Source of the DNA: Methanopyrus kandleri AV19
Lineage (GTDB): Archaea > JAADCQ01 > Methanopyri > Methanopyrales > Methanopyraceae
DNA length: 32,000 nt
NCBI RefSeq assembly: GCF_000007185.1
Contig: NC_003551.1
Location: forward strand, 210,001-242,000
Direction: 5' to 3'
Shown: positions 20,038 to 28,889 of the stretch, in pieces
How the letters are laid out: every line of letters starts with the position of its first letter
How positions within the stretch are numbered: position 1 is the first letter of the stretch
Program-made: the position numbers and the translations under genes
The notes under the pieces: model-generated
Seen by the model: the letters and a program-made list of their open reading frames with translations, nothing else
Database searches by the model: none
What the model was told of the DNA's origin: nothing

Positions 20038-20075
20038 GGACTAGCCCCCACAGTCGGCTCGGGAGGACACCCAAG

Positions 20076-21260
20076 ATGGGAAGATTCGAGCGCAACTTGG
20101 CGGCGATGTTCACGGAATACGCCCTGATCAGCACGCTCCAGGCCCTCTTCTGGATCGTGCTACCTAGGACCCTGGGCCCTCAGCAGTTCGGGAAGCTCGT
20201 GCTTCTGATCAACTTGGCGGGGTTCCTCTCCGACCCCATCCATCAGGCGGTGGCCTTCGCGTGTTCTCCCGAGCTGTTGGGTCTCGGGGATAGGGAGCGC
20301 GCCTCCCTGTGCGTTTCAGCTGTGATCGTCTCATTGATGCTCTCCTTCGCGGTCGCTTCGGCGATGCTGCTCGCCATCACCTTCCTACCTGTACCGGAGA
20401 AGCTCCGTATCGTGTCGGATCCGTGGGTTGCCTCCGGCTTGTTGGTCTTATGTATGTCACCGGTGACGAAGGTCGTGGAACCGTTCCTCCTCGCCGCCGG
20501 ACGGAACGTGTTCGTGGTGGCCATAGCCCTGGGTCACGCCGCTAAGGTGGTGATTCCGCCGCTACTGAGGACTTCGTGGGTCGGAGCGGCGATATGTACC
20601 GGACTCTGCCCGTTATTGGCCGGCCTGGCGACCCTACCGCTCGTCGGTAGGCCTCGGGGATGGAATTTCGCGATCGGGTACCTCACACGCGGTATGGTCA
20701 TCGTCGTGGATCGTCTCGTCGAGTTGGGATCGTACGCGTACGCGGTCCTCCTAACGTACCTCCTGTACGGCTCGAAGACCTCGGCGTTCGTCGGTCTGGG
20801 GTTGGCGGCCTACAAGTTCGCGGCTCTGACGTTGGAGGCGTTCGTACCGCCGATAACGCTCGAAGTCGGGGCGGGCGAGGAGGAACAGGCGTTCAGGGGA
20901 CTACGCCGGTACCTCGTCCCGGCGAGTATCGCTACGGCCGTTGCGATCGTCTCGTGCGCTGACCTCGCACCGGTGGTTCTCTCGACCGAGTACGGGCCGG
21001 CGGTGCCGATCGTCCGATGGTTCTCGCTCCCCACACTCCTGCTCCCTTACCACATCGCACTACGGGCGTACCTCATCGGAAGCCGTAGATTGCGTCTGCT
21101 CCTCGTGTACCGTACCCTTTACGCCTCCTCGTTCTTCGTCATCCTTCATACGCTGACCGGAGCGTTCGGGCCCGTGAGCGTGCCACTGGGGTTGTTAGCG
21201 GCTCTTTCGTCCGCACCTCCGATGGTAGCGATGATCCGACGTCATACGGTCACCGAATGA
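20076..21260 (+). CDS. Multi-pass membrane protein, Wzx/MOP-superfamily flippase-like
   Basis: About 12 hydrophobic segments. The N-terminus FTEYALISTLQALFWIVLPRTLGPQQFGKL resembles polysaccharide-biosynthesis/O-antigen flippase N-termini. ATG 20076 is preceded by GGGAGGACAC. The ORF-track start at 20001 overlaps the divergent gene. Confidence 0.6.
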   Translation: MGRFERNLAAMFTEYALISTLQALFWIVLPRTLGPQQFGKLVLLINLAGFLSDPIHQAVAFACSPELLGLGDRERASLCVSAVIVSLMLSFAVASAMLLAITFLPVPEKLRIVSDPWVASGLLVLCMSPVTKVVEPFLLAAGRNVFVVAIALGHAAKVVIPPLLRTSWVGAAICTGLCPLLAGLATLPLVGRPRGWNFAIGYLTRGMVIVVDRLVELGSYAYAVLLTYLLYGSKTSAFVGLGLAAYKFAALTLEAFVPPITLEVGAGEEEQAFRGLRRYLVPASIATAVAIVSCADLAPVVLSTEYGPAVPIVRWFSLPTLLLPYHIALRAYLIGSRRLRLLLVYRTLYASSFFVILHTLTGAFGPVSVPLGLLAALSSAPPMVAMIRRHTVTE

Positions 21261-22369
21261 GTAATCTCGACGAGCACGTCGGGCAAATCCTCTAACCGCT
21301 CCGGTCCGACCACTATCTCACACCCGGCGTGTAGTGATACCTCGAAGATCGTGACACCGTCGATGAACGATCCGAGCTCCACGGAGATCCGCGGTACGAT
21401 GGCCACGTCGAGATCCCGATGCTCGAGTTCGTGGAGGACGTCCTCACCCGTGAGCAGTCCGGCGCACCCGATGTTACCGCCGAAGTACCGATTCTCCACG
21501 ATTACGGGTTCCAGGACCTCACGCCCCAACTTCTCGTTCGTGGCCCGGCATAACTCCTCGATGACCGGTCCGAACATCTCGCCGGTGACCAGTCCTACCC
21601 TCGAGTCGACGCCGCCGAGGGCTTCGGCGCACCGTGACGCCAGGTCGTCAAGACCCTCTAGATGTTCCTCCAACGGAACCAGACTGTCGCAGGGGACCAC
21701 GTCGAGGTCCAACTCGCGATCCATCCGTCGGCAGATCTCCCACAGGAACCGCATCTCGTCGGGTGTGGGGGGCCGGATACCCTCCCGGTTGTACCTGGTG
21801 ACCCCGACCGGGATCACCACGCACTTATGGAGGCCCCACTCGTCGAGGTTCCGCAGGATTCTGGGCAGGGAGTTCAAATTGTAGTCGGGCACGGCCACGA
21901 CGTTGGCGACGGTATCGACCTCACGAGCAGCCTCTCGGACCAACTCCAACACGCGTGCGGCTTCGCGGACGCTCTCCCGGGTCAGCTTGGCGCGTTCCGA
22001 TGGATCGGTGGAGAGGAGGTGGAAGTCGAGCTGGTCGACGTACCGTAGGAGGATCCGGAGCTTCCGCCCGGTCAGGAATTTTCCGGAAGTTATCACCTTG
22101 AGCGGGAGGTTCTCTCGGCTCTCCACGAGCTCGCGCGCCCGGCGGACCACATCTTCCAACCGCGGGTGATTCACCAGCTCGGAAGGATACATGGATAGCT
22201 CGTCGATGACGAGATGACGTCGAGCATCCGGTGGGAGTTGAGTAGCGTAACAGTGCCGACAGGTCGGTGAGCATGGCGGTGTGGGATCGTCCGGCGGACC
22301 GTGAGACTCGATCAGCCAGGTCTCCTCTCCGTCGTAGTCCAGGTGTCGAGTCACCCACTCCGTACTCAC
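21242..22369 (-). CDS. Radical SAM protein with DUF512-like C-terminal domain
   Basis: CSPTCRHC (CxxxCxxC) near the N-terminus. The C-terminal block RYFGGNIGCAGLLTGEDVLHEL resembles the DUF512 signature. GTG start after GAAGGGGGAT. Confidence 0.7.
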   Translation of the reverse strand: MSTEWVTRHLDYDGEETWLIESHGPPDDPTPPCSPTCRHCYATQLPPDARRHLVIDELSMYPSELVNHPRLEDVVRRARELVESRENLPLKVITSGKFLTGRKLRILLRYVDQLDFHLLSTDPSERAKLTRESVREAARVLELVREAAREVDTVANVVAVPDYNLNSLPRILRNLDEWGLHKCVVIPVGVTRYNREGIRPPTPDEMRFLWEICRRMDRELDLDVVPCDSLVPLEEHLEGLDDLASRCAEALGGVDSRVGLVTGEMFGPVIEELCRATNEKLGREVLEPVIVENRYFGGNIGCAGLLTGEDVLHELEHRDLDVAIVPRISVELGSFIDGVTIFEVSLHAGCEIVVGPERLEDLPDVLVEITHSVTV

Positions 22370-22647
22370 CCGGGCGATCCCCCTTCAGTACCACCGAGAC
22401 ACCACCGGCAGACTAACCAGAGGCCGTAGATCGCCTTCCGACCCTACCACTATCCGTGGCGCGTACTCCTTCGAAGTCGCCGGAGTCGCGGCTGGGAGTC
22501 GACGCCCATGCTGCAACCACGCACTCGGGGTAGTGAACGACTTGGCCCCGCGTGGCCGACGGAGGAACTGGACGCTACGTCATGCTACATTCCGTCGGTG
22601 AGTGAGTTATAGAAACGGTCTGGGACGCCCGTGAGACCGTGCCGGTA

Positions 22648-24678
22648 CTACACCCCACACTTCGGCTGCCGTCCTTCGACACCGTCGGGTAGTCCTTCCC
22701 TTTCCCGTAGCTTCTCCGCCAGCTGCAGTATTCCGAGCAAGTATCGCTCGATCAAGCTCTCGAACGTCACCACATCCTCCTTGGGCCAGGGGCAGCGGGG
22801 CAGCCGCAGGTTCCGCGGATTTTCCTTCCTGGCCAGTATGATGGCTTCCTCGACCGCGGACTCCCACTCCAGCAGGGGCATCACGGCCGGCGGTGACTCG
22901 TAAATCAGCAGGAAGGCCTCCCTGTCGGATTCCTCCGGAATCAACGATTCTACGGGCCGATGGACGTAATGGTTCAAGAGTGAGAGCGGCACCCCGTGCT
23001 TCAACTTCAGGGCGTAGTTGAGGGCGTGAACCGCGTGTTCGGCTGAATCAGCTCCGACCCTCCGCCTCAAATCCGGGTCCTCCAGGCGGATGTAGTACGC
23101 TTTCACGCGTATCGTGATGTCACCATGCTCCACCAGGATAGGTCGCTCGGGTTCGTCCGGGGGAGGTGAGAGCACCGTGTCCGTCCACCGGAGCTCGACG
23201 TACCCGATCCCGCACTCTTCCTCTCCTTCGGCGTAGACCTCGATCCTGGGGTAAGTCCACCAGCCTTCCTCGATAAGCTGTGCCACGGTGGGATCGTACT
23301 CCTCCGCGGGGACGGCCGGGATCATGAGGGTCTCCCGGTCAGGTGGCCCACTGACGACCCAGATCTCGCCGGCGGCCCTGAACGCGCATCCCGGAGCCCA
23401 GGCTCTGGGCACGTCTTCGGGGTCGACTTGGTCCCTGAGAACGGCCCGTGGGTTGTCCTCACGGACCACCCGGTACGCGTCCTTTTCCCCGTAGAACGAC
23501 TCGGTCGGGTTACTTTCCGGTGGTGCGGCCAGGTGAGACTGAGCGTAAGCTAATATGCGCTCGACCTTACCTTCCAAGTAGGCCTCGCGGAATCTCCTCG
23601 GAGTCCTGGTCACGAACGAGGTCCAAGGGTCGGCCGGGTAGATCACGGACTCAGCTTCCTGACCGCGCCTGCCGGCACGTCCTTCCCGCTGCCAGAAGTC
23701 GGAGACGCGGTCAGGAATTCCGTAGTGCACGACTCGAGTTACGGATCCCACATCGATGCCGACCTCGAGCGTCTTCACCGTGATCATCACGGAGGCACGA
23801 CCTCGCTTGAACTCCCGCTCGGCACGTCGGCGCTCGTCCCGGGGGAGCGCCCCGTGGTGTAGAGTGACGTATCCCTCGAGCCCGTACCGCCGGCATAGTA
23901 CCTGGTAAGCGTGCTCCGCCTGCGCCCGGGTTCGAAAGAATACCAGCGTTTTCGAGTCCTCCCGGACATATCGGGTGATGTCTTCCAGGAGGTCGGCCAT
24001 TTTGGCGGTATTCCGGACTACGAACTTACGGGGCGCCATCTTTCCCCTACCACGAACGTGCGTGCAGGTCTCACCGGTGGCTCGCTCGACCTCGCCGCAG
24101 AAGGAATCCGGGTGTCCCACGGTTCCGGACATGAACAGGTGTCGGCGATCCCGGAGTGCGCGAACGATCCCGAGTAACAGGTTCACCTGTCTGGGACCGT
24201 AGAAGTGGACCTCGTCCCACACGAGGCATCGTGCGACGTCGGTCAGGAACTCCCAGAACTGAAGCCCTCGACGGGCGTGGATCCAGATCATCTGTGGGTT
24301 GGTGACGACGATCTCGGCTTCCTGAATCCTGGCGCGCCAGCCCGGGTGGTCGCCGTCGGCGATCACCACGTCGTAACCGTACCGGATCATCCGTTCGGCC
24401 TGATCACGGGCGAGGGCCTTGGTCGGATACACGAAAACGGCGGGAAAGGTCCGTTCATGCTCTATCGCCGCGAGAGCCGCCTCGGTTTTTCCCGCACCCA
24501 TTCCCGCGGTCAGTAGGACGTGGCCGTTCTCGAACGCCTCGGCGGTCTCCACTTGATGTCTGTAGGCCTCCACGTCCGGGAGCCGTTTCGAGAACCTCGA
24601 AAGCGGGATTCCGGCACCTTCCGGTTCTTCACCCTCCCATTCGAGCTCCCACCGAGCCTCCATCGATCTCACACCCAT
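22648..24678 (-). CDS. Superfamily-2 DEAD/DEAH-box helicase with a long C-terminal domain (YprA/MrfA-like architecture)
   Basis: Motif I GMGAGKT, II DEVH, III SGT, VI QREGRAGRRG. The ~270-aa C-terminal extension contains AEHAVHALNYALKLKH, reminiscent of DUF1998-type domains. Confidence 0.8.
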   Translation of the reverse strand: MGVRSMEARWELEWEGEEPEGAGIPLSRFSKRLPDVEAYRHQVETAEAFENGHVLLTAGMGAGKTEAALAAIEHERTFPAVFVYPTKALARDQAERMIRYGYDVVIADGDHPGWRARIQEAEIVVTNPQMIWIHARRGLQFWEFLTDVARCLVWDEVHFYGPRQVNLLLGIVRALRDRRHLFMSGTVGHPDSFCGEVERATGETCTHVRGRGKMAPRKFVVRNTAKMADLLEDITRYVREDSKTLVFFRTRAQAEHAYQVLCRRYGLEGYVTLHHGALPRDERRRAEREFKRGRASVMITVKTLEVGIDVGSVTRVVHYGIPDRVSDFWQREGRAGRRGQEAESVIYPADPWTSFVTRTPRRFREAYLEGKVERILAYAQSHLAAPPESNPTESFYGEKDAYRVVREDNPRAVLRDQVDPEDVPRAWAPGCAFRAAGEIWVVSGPPDRETLMIPAVPAEEYDPTVAQLIEEGWWTYPRIEVYAEGEEECGIGYVELRWTDTVLSPPPDEPERPILVEHGDITIRVKAYYIRLEDPDLRRRVGADSAEHAVHALNYALKLKHGVPLSLLNHYVHRPVESLIPEESDREAFLLIYESPPAVMPLLEWESAVEEAIILARKENPRNLRLPRCPWPKEDVVTFESLIERYLLGILQLAEKLREREGLPDGVEGRQPKCGV

Positions 24679-24715
24679 AACCGGTCGGAAGGGACGTCCC
24701 TCGGGGGGTTAAAAG

Positions 24716-25990
24716 TTGGAAGGTAGGGTGCACCTGCACGTGCTGGTGAGAGCCCGAAAGGACGCGTCGGCCGTGGAATCGGCGCTGGAGCGGTATTACC
24801 CGGACTGGGAGTGGAAAGTGGAAACGCTCGGAGGTGAGCGCGATCCGTCGTGGATCGTCGGTTTGGCGCGTGAACGGTTCGAGGGTTCCGACGCACTGTG
24901 GAAGGTACTTCTTCTGGGCCGGCGTAGTTACCCCGGTCGCGGGCGCGTGGTCTGGATGGAGGGATGGTCGGCGGTGAACGTGGGCAAGGCGGAGGTCCGG
25001 AACGCCAGGCTGACCGAGATCGTGGACGGTATCGAGCTAGGACGTGCCGCCCCGCGCCTGAGCGTGGCTTTCAGACGGGTACCGGAGCTCCGGCGAGGGA
25101 GGTTACTGACCGAGAACCAGGACGCGGATACCATGCTCCGGTGGGGTAAATTCACCGAGACAATCGCCGAGCTGGCTGGGGAGGAGCTACCTCCCGGTGC
25201 GTACTTCTCACTCCGAAAGCCGGGGAACCCGCCGGAAGAAGTACTCTACGACGCCTCCGGTAAGCCGATCCTCAGGATCATCACGCCGGACGAAGGCGAA
25301 CCGAGCGTAAGCGTGCTCGGAGACGGGGAACCCTTCGATTCTAGGGCGTTCGTCCGTGAGAACCGTGAGACGCTGGAGAACCTGTTCGAGGACGCCGTGG
25401 ATTTTCTTGGAGGAGTGGCGGAGGAGTTCGATGTCCTGTTCGTGCCGGTCAGCGGAGGGAAGGACAGCACGTGCTGCTTAGCGATAGCCGTCGAGACGAC
25501 CGATCGCTTAGGGATCGACGTCGAAGCCGTGTACGTGGATACTGGATACGACCTGGGCAGAGACGTCGTCGAAGACGTCGGAGCGGCGTTGGGAGTCGAT
25601 ATCAAGCACGTAGACGTTTCCGATGCGTTTGAACGTGGGTTGAGGGAGCGGAAGCCCACCCATGAGAACCGATGGTGCACCGGTGTGAAGCTTTCCGGGA
25701 TCAAGAAAGTGCTGAAGGATTTGGAGGGAGATGTCCTGCTGGTCGTGGGAGATCGAGACGCGGAGAGCCGCAGGAGGAGATTGAGGCCGCCGGTCCACAG
25801 GAACCGGCTGCTCGACGTACCCGAAGTTAACCCTGTGAAAGGATGGGGAGGGGCCGAGGTGCTCGGGACGTTGTTCCGATTGGGCCTACCGGTGAGCGAA
25901 CTGTACGAGATCGGGTTCTATAGGTTGGGTTGCTCCGTGTGCCCTTCCCTCACGGCGTGGGAGAGAGCGCTCATGGAGCTCAGCCGATGA
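24716..25990 (+). CDS. PAPS-reductase-like (PP-loop ATP pyrophosphatase) protein with an uncharacterised ~230-aa N-terminal domain
   Basis: PP-loop VPVSGGKDS, plus NRWCTGVKL, VGDRDAESRRRR and the C-terminal YRLGCSVCP. Start is uncertain: TTG 24716, or GTG 24728 or 24740. Confidence 0.75.
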   Translation: MEGRVHLHVLVRARKDASAVESALERYYPDWEWKVETLGGERDPSWIVGLARERFEGSDALWKVLLLGRRSYPGRGRVVWMEGWSAVNVGKAEVRNARLTEIVDGIELGRAAPRLSVAFRRVPELRRGRLLTENQDADTMLRWGKFTETIAELAGEELPPGAYFSLRKPGNPPEEVLYDASGKPILRIITPDEGEPSVSVLGDGEPFDSRAFVRENRETLENLFEDAVDFLGGVAEEFDVLFVPVSGGKDSTCCLAIAVETTDRLGIDVEAVYVDTGYDLGRDVVEDVGAALGVDIKHVDVSDAFERGLRERKPTHENRWCTGVKLSGIKKVLKDLEGDVLLVVGDRDAESRRRRLRPPVHRNRLLDVPEVNPVKGWGGAEVLGTLFRLGLPVSELYEIGFYRLGCSVCPSLTAWERALMELSR

Positions 25991-26075
25991 TCCTAACTGT
26001 TGGCTTCATCGCAACTCTCAAGCGCGTCGGAACCGCAGTTTCCTACGGACTCGACGGCGCGCCCGCGGGAACAAC

Positions 26076-26096
26076 GTTACGGTTATTTTAACGATT
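26076..26096 (+). repeat. Copy 3 (degenerate) of the promoter-like element: GTTACGGTTATTTTAACGATT
   Basis: 17/21 identical to 28854-28874 (GTTACGAATATCATAACGATT). Contains a good TATA-like TTATTTTAA. It lies 19 nt beyond the rps10 stop on the opposite strand and 86 nt beyond the stop of the plus-strand gene ending at 25990. Confidence 0.6.
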
Positions 26097-26114
26097 GCGT
26101 CCGGGGGTATCGGT

Positions 26115-26426
26115 TCACTTCATGATGATCTCCACGTGTACTTCCTCGGGAATGTGTATACGCATTAGCCGTCGGATCGTACGCTCATCGCCCTTAATAT
26201 CGATCAGCCGCTTGTGAATGCGCATCTCCCACTTGTCCCAGGTGGCCTTACCCTCACCGTCCGGAGACTTCCGTGTCGGAACCAGAAGTCGCTTAGTCGG
26301 CAGTGGAATAGGTCCGGACATCTGAGCACCGGTTTCCTCAACAACCTTCTTGATCCGCTCACAGACCTCCTCGAGTTTGTAGTGATCGGTACTCGACAGG
26401 CGCAGGCGTACTTCCTGGGCCATCAC
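26115..26426 (-). CDS. rps10: 30S ribosomal protein S10 (uS10)
   Basis: 103 aa. Typical archaeal S10 sequence (RLSSTDHYKLEEVCERIK...HKRLIDIKGDERTIRRLMRIHIPEEVHVEI). Immediately downstream of tuf, as is usual in archaea. ATG is preceded by GGAGGTGGTG. Confidence 0.95.
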   Translation of the reverse strand: MMAQEVRLRLSSTDHYKLEEVCERIKKVVEETGAQMSGPIPLPTKRLLVPTRKSPDGEGKATWDKWEMRIHKRLIDIKGDERTIRRLMRIHIPEEVHVEIIMK

Positions 26427-26466
26427 ACCACCTCCCGAAAGAGATTATCTCGAGGGGAAAGAGGGC

Positions 26467-27738
26467 TTACTCCTCCTTTTCGATCTTCACACACATTCCG
26501 GCGGCCACTGTCTGACCCATGTCTCTGATGGCGAACCGGCCCAGCTGTGGGATGAAGCTGACCTCCTCGATGACCATCGGCTTCGTCGGCCGGATGCGCA
26601 CCTTCGCGGCCTCTCCGGTCTTCAGGAAGTCCGGGTTCTCCTCGATCACCTCACCGGTAGCCGGGTCGATCTTTTCGATGAGCTCCTCGAACTTGCAGGC
26701 CACCTGGGCGGTGTGGCAGTGGAACACCGGCGTGTAACCTGCGGTGATCGCGCTCGGGTGCTGTAGGACCACGATCTGCGCGATGAAGGTGTCGTCCGGC
26801 GTGACCACGGTCGCCGGCTCGTCGGGGTGACAGGCTACGTCACCACGGCTGATGTCGTTCTTACCCACGCCCTTCACGTTGAAACCGATGTTGTCACCCG
26901 GCTCGGCGCGCTCGATCTCCTCGTGGTGCATCTCGATGCTCCTGACCTCACCCTCTCCCTTCCGGCCTCCGGTGGCCGTGTAGGCCGGCTCGAACCGGAC
27001 GGTGTCGCCCACCTCGAGTACTCCGGTCTCGACTCGGCCCACCGGCACGGTACCGACACCGGTGATCGAGTACACGTCCTGGATCGGGATCCGCAGCGGC
27101 TTGTCGGTCGGCTTCTCAGGCGGTTCTAGGTTGTCCAGAGCCTCCAGCAGAGTCGGACCGTCGTACCACGGCGTGTTGTCGCTCTTCTCGACCACGTTGT
27201 CGCCCTCGAAGGCGCTGATCGGGATGAACGGGATCTCGTCGACGTTGTAACCGATCGTCTTGAGGAGCTCGGCGACCTCCTGCTTGACCTCCTCGTACCT
27301 GTTCTCATCGTAGTCCACGAGGTCCATCTTGTTGATAGCCACGATGAGCTGGTCGATACCCAGCGTCTTGGCCAGGAACGCGTGCTCCTTGGTCTGCGGC
27401 ATCACACCGTCGTCCGCGGCCACTACCAGGATGGCGGCGTCGGCCTGGCTCGCACCGGTGATCATGTTCTTAACGAAGTCTCGATGACCTGGACAGTCCA
27501 CGATGGTGAACTCGTAGTTGTCGGTCTCGAACTTGGTGTGAGCTAGGTCGATCGTTACACCTCGCTCCCGCTCCTCCTCGAGCGTGTCCATGATGACTCT
27601 GAACTTGTCCTCTCCCTCACCCAGGTCCTTGTCCTCGATCACACCGGTGTCGTACAGCAATCGACCGACCAGGGTGGACTTACCGTGGTCTACGTGGCCG
27701 ATGAACGCGAGGTTAATGTGCTCCTTCTCCTTCGCCAC
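26467..27738 (-). CDS. tuf: Translation elongation factor EF-1alpha
   Basis: [17 protein letters not shown] and NKMD GTPase motifs; full-length 423 aa, unmistakable aEF-1alpha. GTG start after GGGGGAGG. Confidence 0.97.
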
Positions 27739-27786
27739 GGGAACCTCCCCCGGTTTCGGTTTTCGCGACGACCCGGCCGATCCCCG

Positions 27787-27796
27787 TTTTATAATA
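27787..27796 (-). promoter_or_regulatory. TATA box of the tuf-rps10 operon
   Basis: Minus-sense CGACAATATTATAAAAC in an otherwise GC-rich 82-nt gap, about 50-58 nt upstream of GTG 27738. Confidence 0.55.
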
Positions 27797-27820
27797 TTGT
27801 CGGTTATGGGAAAAGCTCGG

Positions 27821-28774
27821 TCATTCGACTTCCTCCAGCGAGACGGGTCGATCCTCCTTCACAGACTTGAGGGCCGCCACGGCCGTACGGAGGGCTTGAA
27901 GTCCCGCTTCGCCGTCGACGAGGGGATCTCGATTTTCTAATATGGATTCGGCGAAGTCCCGAAGCTCCAGTTTCAGAGGTTCTTCCTTCCGTATATTGAA
28001 CCGTTTAACACCCTCCCGATCCATCAACCGGAGCTCCTGTTCTATGTACTGAATCTCCAGGATAGCCTCCCGACCTGTCACCTCGAGCCTCCGTTCCTTG
28101 TGCGGGGTGAGCCAATTCACCTCTATCAGTCCGGTGGGATCTCCCTCGAACCGGAGCATAACCTCGGCGTAATCCTCCTGAGTTCGGGTGATGGCAGAAC
28201 CGGCCGCGGCGTACACCTCCTCCACCTCGGTTTCGGCCAGGTAGCGCATCACGTCGATGTCGTGCACGGCGAGGTCCACGATGACACCCACGTCCCGGAT
28301 CCTGGGTGGATACGGCCCGACCCGCTTAGCCGACATGACTACGATATCGCCCAAGTCACCCCTTGAGACGACTTCCTTAGCCTTCATCACGCTCGGGTTG
28401 AACCGCTCGATGTGGCCGACCGCGAGCTTCAACCCGTGGTCCTCCGCGGCGTCGATGATGCGTCTGGCGTTCTCGATCGTATCGGCGATCGGTTTCTCGA
28501 CGAGAACATGCACACCCGCTTCCAACGCGTCAACGGCGATATCCGCGTGGTACTTCGTCGGGACGCAGATGCTGACGCCGTCTAGGTCTTCCTCCTGAAG
28601 CATCTTCCGATGGTCGGTGTACCAGTTGACGTCGTACTTCTTGGCGACCTCCTTGACCCTGCGCTCGTTGACGTCACAGACCGCCACCAGCTCCGTCTCT
28701 TCGAGCTCGTGGTACACCCGGGCGTGGTGTGATCCCATCATGCCGACGCCGATAACACCGGCACGTACGGTCAA
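27821..28774 (-). CDS. Gfo/Idh/MocA-family NAD(P)-dependent oxidoreductase
   Basis: N-terminal Rossmann [16 protein letters not shown], the EKP motif (VLVEKPIA) and [11 protein letters not shown] 28774 (GGGGGTG 9 nt upstream) places the GxGxxG at the N-terminus. The ORF-track start at 28936 runs through the hdrA SECIS and is rejected. Confidence 0.8.
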   Translation of the reverse strand: MTVRAGVIGVGMMGSHHARVYHELEETELVAVCDVNERRVKEVAKKYDVNWYTDHRKMLQEEDLDGVSICVPTKYHADIAVDALEAGVHVLVEKPIADTIENARRIIDAAEDHGLKLAVGHIERFNPSVMKAKEVVSRGDLGDIVVMSAKRVGPYPPRIRDVGVIVDLAVHDIDVMRYLAETEVEEVYAAAGSAITRTQEDYAEVMLRFEGDPTGLIEVNWLTPHKERRLEVTGREAILEIQYIEQELRLMDREGVKRFNIRKEEPLKLELRDFAESILENRDPLVDGEAGLQALRTAVAALKSVKEDRPVSLEEVE

Positions 28775-28849
28775 GTGGCGGCACCCCCTGTCGGAGCGTC
28801 GGCGTGTCGGTCCTCGGGAAGCGTTAAAACTCGGCGGTCCCATGCCGTA

Positions 28850-28874
28850 AATTGTTACGAATATCATAACGATT
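28850..28874 (+). repeat. Copy 2 of the promoter-like near-palindromic element (AATTGTTACGAATATCATAAC-GATT)
   Basis: The 21-mer at 28850-28870 is identical to 6569-6589, on the same strand. It lies 16-20 nt from the 3' edge of the hdrA SECIS and 76 nt upstream of the oxidoreductase start on the other strand. Confidence 0.9.
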
Positions 28875-28889
28875 CGCGCCGGGCGTGGG

